DNA from: Bacillota bacterium
GTDB lineage: Bacteria; Bacillota; Clostridia; Christensenellales; CAG-138
NCBI GenBank assembly: GCA_023396535.1
Contig: JAEWWD010000090.1
Coordinates: forward strand, 1-38,575
Direction of reading: 5' to 3'
Length of the DNA: 38,575 nt
Part shown: piece by piece, positions 33,717-38,575 of the stretch
How positions within the stretch are numbered: position 1 is the stretch's first letter
Layout of the letters: every line of letters starts with the position of its first letter
Notes under the pieces: model-generated
Seen by the model: the letters and a program-made list of their open reading frames with translations, nothing else
What the model was told of the DNA's origin: nothing
Databases searched by the model: none
Position numbers and translations under genes: made by a program

Positions 33717-34784
33717 GTGGAAGAAACCATGAAGGCCGTCGTGCTTCGCGCGCCCGGCGAATACGCGGTGGAAAACGTCCCCGTCCCTGAACCGGGCTTG
33801 CAGGAGGTTCTGGTAGAGATCAGGTCCATTGCGATCTGTGGATCCGACCCCGGCATATTTGCCGGGAACGTCCGTAAGGATGGCTGGCCGCCGCATTATC
33901 CGTTTGTCGCCGGCCATGAATTCGCCGGCCGCGTCGTCGCGGTGGGAGAGGGCGTAACAAAGTTCCACGTCGGAGACCGGGTAGCCGGTGAGGCGCACTG
34001 CGGCTGCGGCGTATGCGACATGTGCATGCAGGGCCTGTACAATCTGTGCCGGAATTACGGCACAGCCGGACACCGCCACTATGGCCACGCGACACAGGGC
34101 TGCTACGCCCAGTATCAGAAATACGACGCGAAAGCGCTGACCGCCCTTCCGGAAAACGTCAGCTACGACGAGGGAGCCATGGTGGATACGGCGGGCACGG
34201 CCTATAACGGGCTGCGGCTGCTCGGCGTGGAGCCGGGCGGCTATACGGCGGTCATTGGCCCCGGCCCGATGGGCGTCATGCTGGCGCAAATGGCAAAGGC
34301 CATGGGCTCGCGCACCATCATTCTGGGGTACCATGACGCCGAGCGGCTTACTGTCGCGCGAAAAGCCGGCGTAGACCATGTTGTGGAAACTGCCGATCTG
34401 CCGGATGTGGTGGATATGGTTCGGAAGCTGACCGGCGGCCGCGGCGCCAACCGCACGTTCGACTGCGCGGGTTCCGCCGGCACGCTGGAGAACGCCATCC
34501 GCATGACCTGTCCCAACGGTAAAGTGGGCGTGATCGCCTACCCCAAACGGCCCGCCGCGCAAGAGGCTTTGTATTACATGGTGAAGAACCAGATCACCGT
34601 ACAGGGCGTGCGGGCAAATCCCAACTGTTCCGGCGCTGTTTTGAATTTGCTCTCTCAGGGGGTGATCGACGCTTCCAGCCTGATCACCCATAGTTTTGGT
34701 ATCGATGAGATCGAATTGGCATTCGATGTTTTCGCTAATCACAGGGACGGCGCAGTCAAGGTCGTCATTCATCCAAACGACTGA
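33717..34784 (+). CDS. Zn-dependent medium-chain dehydrogenase, paralog 2 (tandem duplicate of 32631-33704)
   Basis: It is colinear with paralog 1 and identical at most positions over long stretches (VLVEIRSIAICGSDPGIFAG..GWPP..PF.AGHEFAGRV; CGCGVCDMCMQGLYNLC; VEPGGYTAVIGPGPMG; GVRANPNCS). GTG start with a GAGGAG RBS. Confidence 0.85.
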   Translation: MEETMKAVVLRAPGEYAVENVPVPEPGLQEVLVEIRSIAICGSDPGIFAGNVRKDGWPPHYPFVAGHEFAGRVVAVGEGVTKFHVGDRVAGEAHCGCGVCDMCMQGLYNLCRNYGTAGHRHYGHATQGCYAQYQKYDAKALTALPENVSYDEGAMVDTAGTAYNGLRLLGVEPGGYTAVIGPGPMGVMLAQMAKAMGSRTIILGYHDAERLTVARKAGVDHVVETADLPDVVDMVRKLTGGRGANRTFDCAGSAGTLENAIRMTCPNGKVGVIAYPKRPAAQEALYYMVKNQITVQGVRANPNCSGAVLNLLSQGVIDASSLITHSFGIDEIELAFDVFANHRDGAVKVVIHPND

Positions 34785-34798
34785 CGGAGGAACTATCC

Positions 34799-35830
34799 AT
34801 GTTGCAATATGTTCTCACAGAGCCCGGCCGCATTGCAGTGAAAGAAACGGCGATTCCTGAACCGTCGGGGACACAGGTCCTGATCCGGATCCGATATGTC
34901 GGCATCTGCGGCTCGGATATCCATCTGTACCGCGGCACCTATAACGGACCCCACAGCTATCCCATGCTGTTCGGCCACGAGTGGTCCGGGGTTGTGGAAA
35001 AGGCGGGTGACGGGGTAAGGGGCTTTGTGCCTGGCGATGTGGTGACGGGAGACTGTTCGCGTTTTTGCGGAACATGCGAAGCATGCGAAACGGACGCGAA
35101 CCTGTGTGCGCATATTGAGAAATTCGGAATCACCGTGGACGGCGCTACCGCGGAATATATCCTGCGGGATGAGAAATACCTCTATAAAGCCCCCCAGGGA
35201 ATGGAGCAGGAACTCCTTTGCCTTTCGGAACCGGTCGCCGTGGCAGCGCACCTTCTGCGCAGGGTGCGAAAATGTTTGGACGGGGACCTGCGCGAAAAGC
35301 GGATACTGGTGCTGGGCGGCGGGGTCATCGGTATGAGCGCAGTGATGCTTTTGCGTAACATGCATGGCTGCGTGCAGATCGATCTTTTTGACCTGGCCAA
35401 TTCCAGGAAGCAGATCGCGGCTGCCGTCGGCGCGCATATTCCCTCCCCGGAAGAGCTTAAGCCGCCGGCAGGCGCGGACTATGCTTCCCTGTACGCCGCG
35501 GCGAAATATGATATCGTGATTGAAACCACCGGCGTGGCCTCGGTTTTCGCCAACGCTCTGTATTATGTCAAGCCCGGCGGCATACTCGGCTGCCTCGGCA
35601 TGATCGCCAAGGCCGAAATCGCCCAGAAACTCATCGTAACAAAGGGGCTCACGCTGATCGGCTCTATCGGCGGGACAGGCGACTTTCAGGAGGCAATGGA
35701 GGTCCTTTTAACGCATCCCGAGACGGCTCGCAAGCTGATCAGCCACTATTATCCCATGTCGCAAGCTCCGGAGGCATTCTCCGTCGCCGGTAATCCGGAG
35801 GGAACGATGAAAGTCGTTTTAACGCTCTAG
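34799..35830 (+). CDS. Zn-dependent medium-chain dehydrogenase, third, more divergent member
   Basis: GGAGG RBS; ICGSDIHLYRG, GHEWSG, CGTCEACETDANLC, VLGGGVIG. Confidence 0.8.
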   Translation: MLQYVLTEPGRIAVKETAIPEPSGTQVLIRIRYVGICGSDIHLYRGTYNGPHSYPMLFGHEWSGVVEKAGDGVRGFVPGDVVTGDCSRFCGTCEACETDANLCAHIEKFGITVDGATAEYILRDEKYLYKAPQGMEQELLCLSEPVAVAAHLLRRVRKCLDGDLREKRILVLGGGVIGMSAVMLLRNMHGCVQIDLFDLANSRKQIAAAVGAHIPSPEELKPPAGADYASLYAAAKYDIVIETTGVASVFANALYYVKPGGILGCLGMIAKAEIAQKLIVTKGLTLIGSIGGTGDFQEAMEVLLTHPETARKLISHYYPMSQAPEAFSVAGNPEGTMKVVLTL

Positions 35831-35831
35831 T

Positions 35832-36764
35832 ATGGACAAGGAGAAATCCGCTTCCGGTATTGGCTGGGTCGGCGTGGGCAATATGGGAAGCCTCATGGTG
35901 CGCCGTCTGCGGCAGGCCGGGTATACAGTCGACGTCTGCGGTTCGGGGCGGCGCGATCTTTCCCCTTTTGCGGAGGATACCGGATGCTGCCTGAAATGTT
36001 CCCCCCGGGCGGTTGCGGAAGGCGCGGACGTGATATTCTCCATGATCCCCAACGGAGAAATACTGCTGCAGATTATCGGCGGACCGGAAGGATTGGCGAA
36101 GGCGGATTTATCCGGAAAGCTGCTGGTGGATATGAGCACCGTTGACCCTAATTCCTCCGCCGAGGCTGCTCGGCTCTTAGAGAAAGCAGGCGGCAGGTTG
36201 CTGCGCGCGCCCGTTACCGGCAGTACCCATTTCGCAAGTGACGGCACGCTGGGCATTATGGTCTCAGGGGAACGGGCCGACTTTGAAAAATGTCTTCCCT
36301 ATTTTCGCGTACTTGGCAACAGGCAGACCTACCTGGGGCAGGGGGAAGCCGCCCGGTACATGAAGATCGTCATCAACATGATGCTGGGGCACGCTCTGCA
36401 ATCCTTCTGTGAAGCGCTGGTGCTGGGGGAAAAGCTGGGGTTGGAGTGGGATGCGATGATCACCCTGATCGCGGATAGCGCCGCCGCGTCTCCGCTGATC
36501 CGCTATAAGGCGGACGCGGTTCGCGCGCGGGATTTCACGCCGACTTCAACCGGCTATAACATGCACAAGGATATGAAAATGGCGACGGACCTTGCACAGC
36601 AGGCCGACGCCAGCCTCCCGTTAACGGCGGCCGCCATGCAGATGTACCATGCGCTGGCGGCGCAGGGGCTCAGCTGCCGGGATTCTTCTTCCCTGATACT
36701 GGTGAACGAACGGTTCAACGGGCTCAACGGAACAGACCTGACGGATGATGAGGCCGGAATATAA
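35832..36764 (+). CDS. NAD(P)-dependent oxidoreductase, 3-hydroxyisobutyrate/6-phosphogluconate dehydrogenase-like (HIBADH family)
   Basis: N-terminal dinucleotide fold IGWVGVGNMGSLMVRRL, DMSTVDP, RAPVTGS, and a family-like C-terminal helical domain. The exact start is uncertain. Confidence 0.7.
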   Translation: MDKEKSASGIGWVGVGNMGSLMVRRLRQAGYTVDVCGSGRRDLSPFAEDTGCCLKCSPRAVAEGADVIFSMIPNGEILLQIIGGPEGLAKADLSGKLLVDMSTVDPNSSAEAARLLEKAGGRLLRAPVTGSTHFASDGTLGIMVSGERADFEKCLPYFRVLGNRQTYLGQGEAARYMKIVINMMLGHALQSFCEALVLGEKLGLEWDAMITLIADSAAASPLIRYKADAVRARDFTPTSTGYNMHKDMKMATDLAQQADASLPLTAAAMQMYHALAAQGLSCRDSSSLILVNERFNGLNGTDLTDDEAGI

Positions 36765-36781
36765 GACAAGGGGGTAACAAA

Positions 36782-38296
36782 GTGACAGTCAGCGACTCCG
36801 ACGTTATTCTCAAAATGACCGGAATCACAAAACGGTTTCCGGGTACGCTCGCGCTGGATAAAGTGCAGTTGACCTGCGAAAAGGGCAAGGTACACGTTCT
36901 GCTGGGCGAAAACGGGGCCGGCAAGTCCACGCTGATGAAAATTATATCGGGCGTATACCAAAGGGACGAGGGGACCATCTGGTACGACGGAAAGGAAGTC
37001 AGTTTCACGAACGTCCGCCAGTCGATGGCGGCGGGTATCAGCATGATCCATCAGGAACTGAACCTTCTGCCCGAAAGGACCATCGCGCAGAACATCTATC
37101 TAGGGCATGAGCCTGTGCGCAAGGGCACGAGGGGCATTGTCGACGAGAAGAAAATGATCGCGGACAGCCGCGCGCTGATGGACAGCCTCGGCCTGGATAT
37201 GGACCCGCAGACCCTGGTCAAAAACCTCAGCATCGCGCAGCAGCAGATGGTGGAAGTCGTAAAGGCGCTTTCACAGGAAGTGAAGCTCGTCATCATGGAC
37301 GAGCCGACTTCCTCGCTGACCAGCCGCGAGATCACCAAGCTCTTTGAGATCGTGGAACGTTTGAAGAAAAACAATACGGCGATCATCTATATTTCCCACC
37401 GTATGGATGAAATCAAGCGCGTCGGCGACTGCGTGACGGTCATGCGGGACGGCCAGTATATCGATACGGTGAACGCCGCCGACGCCGAACTCGACACGTT
37501 GATTTCCATGATGGTGGGCAGGAAAATCCAAAAAATGTACGAACGGAATTACCGCGAGCCCGGCGACGTCATATTCGAAACGCGGGAATTGAGCGGTCTT
37601 CGGTTTCGCAACGTCAGCATAAAGGTGCGAGAGGGCGAAATCGTATCCCTGTCCGGTCTGATCGGCGCGGGCCGTACGGAAATCGCCAAGGCCGTATTTG
37701 GCATCGAGCCCATCGATAAGGGCGGCTTTACGCTTTACGGCAGGCCGATCAAACGCATCACGCCGACCAAAGCCGTTGAATACAGCATGGGCCTTCTGCC
37801 CGAGGACCGAAAAAAAGAAGGGCTGGTGCTGCAGGAGCCCATCAAGGAGAATCTGGTCGCCGCCTGCCTGAAGAAGACTTTTAGAACGGGGATTCTGCAC
37901 GGCAGGACGGAGAATGAAATAGGCGCGAAATATGTCCGCGATCTGCGCATCGCGACGCCCAACGCCGATAAAATCGTCGGCGAGCTCTCGGGCGGCAACC
38001 AGCAGAAGGTCGTCATAGGCAAGTGGCTGGAAACCGGCTGTAAATTCCTGATTATCGACGAGCCTACCCGCGGCATCGACGTCGGGGCCAAAAGCGAAAT
38101 CTACAAGCTGCTCGACTCTCTGGTGCAGCAGGGCTACGGCATACTGATGATCACATCCGAGCTCAACGAAGTCATCGGTATCAGCGACAGGGTATACGTC
38201 GTGAAGGACGGGGAGATTACCGGCGAGCTCAACAGGCACGAGCTGACGCAGGAGCGCATCATGCGCTATGCCGTCGGCGGAGGGGAGGCGGAATAA
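36782..38296 (+). CDS. Sugar ABC transporter ATP-binding protein with duplicated NBD (RbsA/MglA type)
   Basis: GTG start after an AGGGGG RBS. First NBD: GENGAGKST, LSIAQQQMVEV, LVIMDEPTSSL. Second NBD: GLIGAGRTE (degenerate Walker A), LSGGNQQKVVI, FLIIDEPTRGID. Confidence 0.85.
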   Translation: MTVSDSDVILKMTGITKRFPGTLALDKVQLTCEKGKVHVLLGENGAGKSTLMKIISGVYQRDEGTIWYDGKEVSFTNVRQSMAAGISMIHQELNLLPERTIAQNIYLGHEPVRKGTRGIVDEKKMIADSRALMDSLGLDMDPQTLVKNLSIAQQQMVEVVKALSQEVKLVIMDEPTSSLTSREITKLFEIVERLKKNNTAIIYISHRMDEIKRVGDCVTVMRDGQYIDTVNAADAELDTLISMMVGRKIQKMYERNYREPGDVIFETRELSGLRFRNVSIKVREGEIVSLSGLIGAGRTEIAKAVFGIEPIDKGGFTLYGRPIKRITPTKAVEYSMGLLPEDRKKEGLVLQEPIKENLVAACLKKTFRTGILHGRTENEIGAKYVRDLRIATPNADKIVGELSGGNQQKVVIGKWLETGCKFLIIDEPTRGIDVGAKSEIYKLLDSLVQQGYGILMITSELNEVIGISDRVYVVKDGEITGELNRHELTQERIMRYAVGGGEAE

Positions 38297-38575
38297 ATGC
38301 CCGAAAAGACTGCGAAAAATGCCATCCTGAACAGCCTGCGCGCCGCGAGGCAATTCACAAGGACAATGAATATCCCCGGCATCGCCATAGGCGACCTGCT
38401 GCTCATTCTCTTCTTCAGCCTGATGTCCGACCGGTTCCTATCCAGCTACAATCTGCTCGCAATCCTCCGTAACAGTTGCACGCTGCTGCTGGCGGCGCTT
38501 GGTCTGACATGGGTCATACTCATGTCGCAGAACAACGTCTCCGTGGGCGCGGTGGTCTCCATGGCGGCCGTGATG
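38297..38575 (+). CDS. Sugar ABC transporter permease (RbsC-like), 5' part only; runs off the window
   Basis: The ATG falls immediately after the TAA of the ATPase gene. My own translation gives MPEKTAKNAILNSLRAARQFTRTMNIPGIAIGDLLLILFFSLMSDRFLSSYNLLAILRNSCTLLLAALGLTWVILMSQNNVSVGAVVSMAAVM, which matches the RbsC-family N-terminal pattern (FLS..NL..ILR ... G.T.VI). It is absent from the ORF track because there is no stop in the window. Confidence 0.75.
   Translation, partial: MPEKTAKNAILNSLRAARQFTRTMNIPGIAIGDLLLILFFSLMSDRFLSSYNLLAILRNSCTLLLAALGLTWVILMSQNNVSVGAVVSMAAVM

Noticed and set aside
33678-34772. 364-aa minus-strand ORF (and the similar 250-aa ORF at 32877-33629)
   Set aside because: Both are antisense to the two MDR dehydrogenase paralogs, whose Zn-binding and Rossmann motifs are unambiguous. 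The translations are low-complexity and Arg/Ala/His-rich.
34793-35437. 214-aa minus-strand ORF
   Set aside because: It is antisense to the third MDR dehydrogenase, and the translation is compositionally implausible.
37271-38353. 360-aa minus-strand ORF
   Set aside because: It is antisense to the double-NBD ABC ATPase gene with Walker A/B and signature motifs, so it is a GC-driven artefact.
1-38575. Integrase, transposase or phage genes that would prove island mobility
   Set aside because: No ORF in the window shows recombinase, DDE or phage motifs, so the mobility of the repeat-bounded modules remains inference only.

Overview
This is a 38.6-kb chromosomal segment with Gram-positive, Clostridia-like hallmarks: GGAGG-type ribosome binding sites (RBS), a lipobox lipoprotein and a PPKTG sortase signal. 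I saw no rRNA, CRISPR array, transposase or integrase. The left 14.6 kb starts at the 3' end of a tRNA gene and looks like a mosaic of small gene modules separated by diverged copies of a ~170-240-bp repeat. The modules are an orphan URO-D-family gene, an AT-rich three-gene signalling cassette, and a MalT/LAL-type LuxR regulator followed by a 1,123-aa sortase-anchored surface protein. The signalling cassette is the strongest candidate for something new. It encodes an alpha-oxoamine-synthase (CqsA/LqsA-like) enzyme, a 6-TM hybrid histidine kinase with two receivers and an HPt domain, and a REC-HD-GYP regulator. That pairs a CqsA-type autoinducer synthase with an RpfC/RpfG-type c-di-GMP output. 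Downstream lie an ICMT-family methyltransferase, an AT-rich gene-poor gap and an OmpR/HK two-component system. Next comes an LplABC-like carbohydrate ABC importer fused in one gene string to an HlyD adaptor and a MacB-PCD-like membrane protein, with no ATPase. This is followed by a cyanophycin operon (iadA, cyanophycinase, cphA). The last locus is GntR-associated and catabolic: creatininase-family and TIM-barrel genes lie divergent from three MDR dehydrogenases, an HIBADH-like reductase and a ribose-type ABC transporter. All calls come from reading motifs by eye, and no database search was possible.
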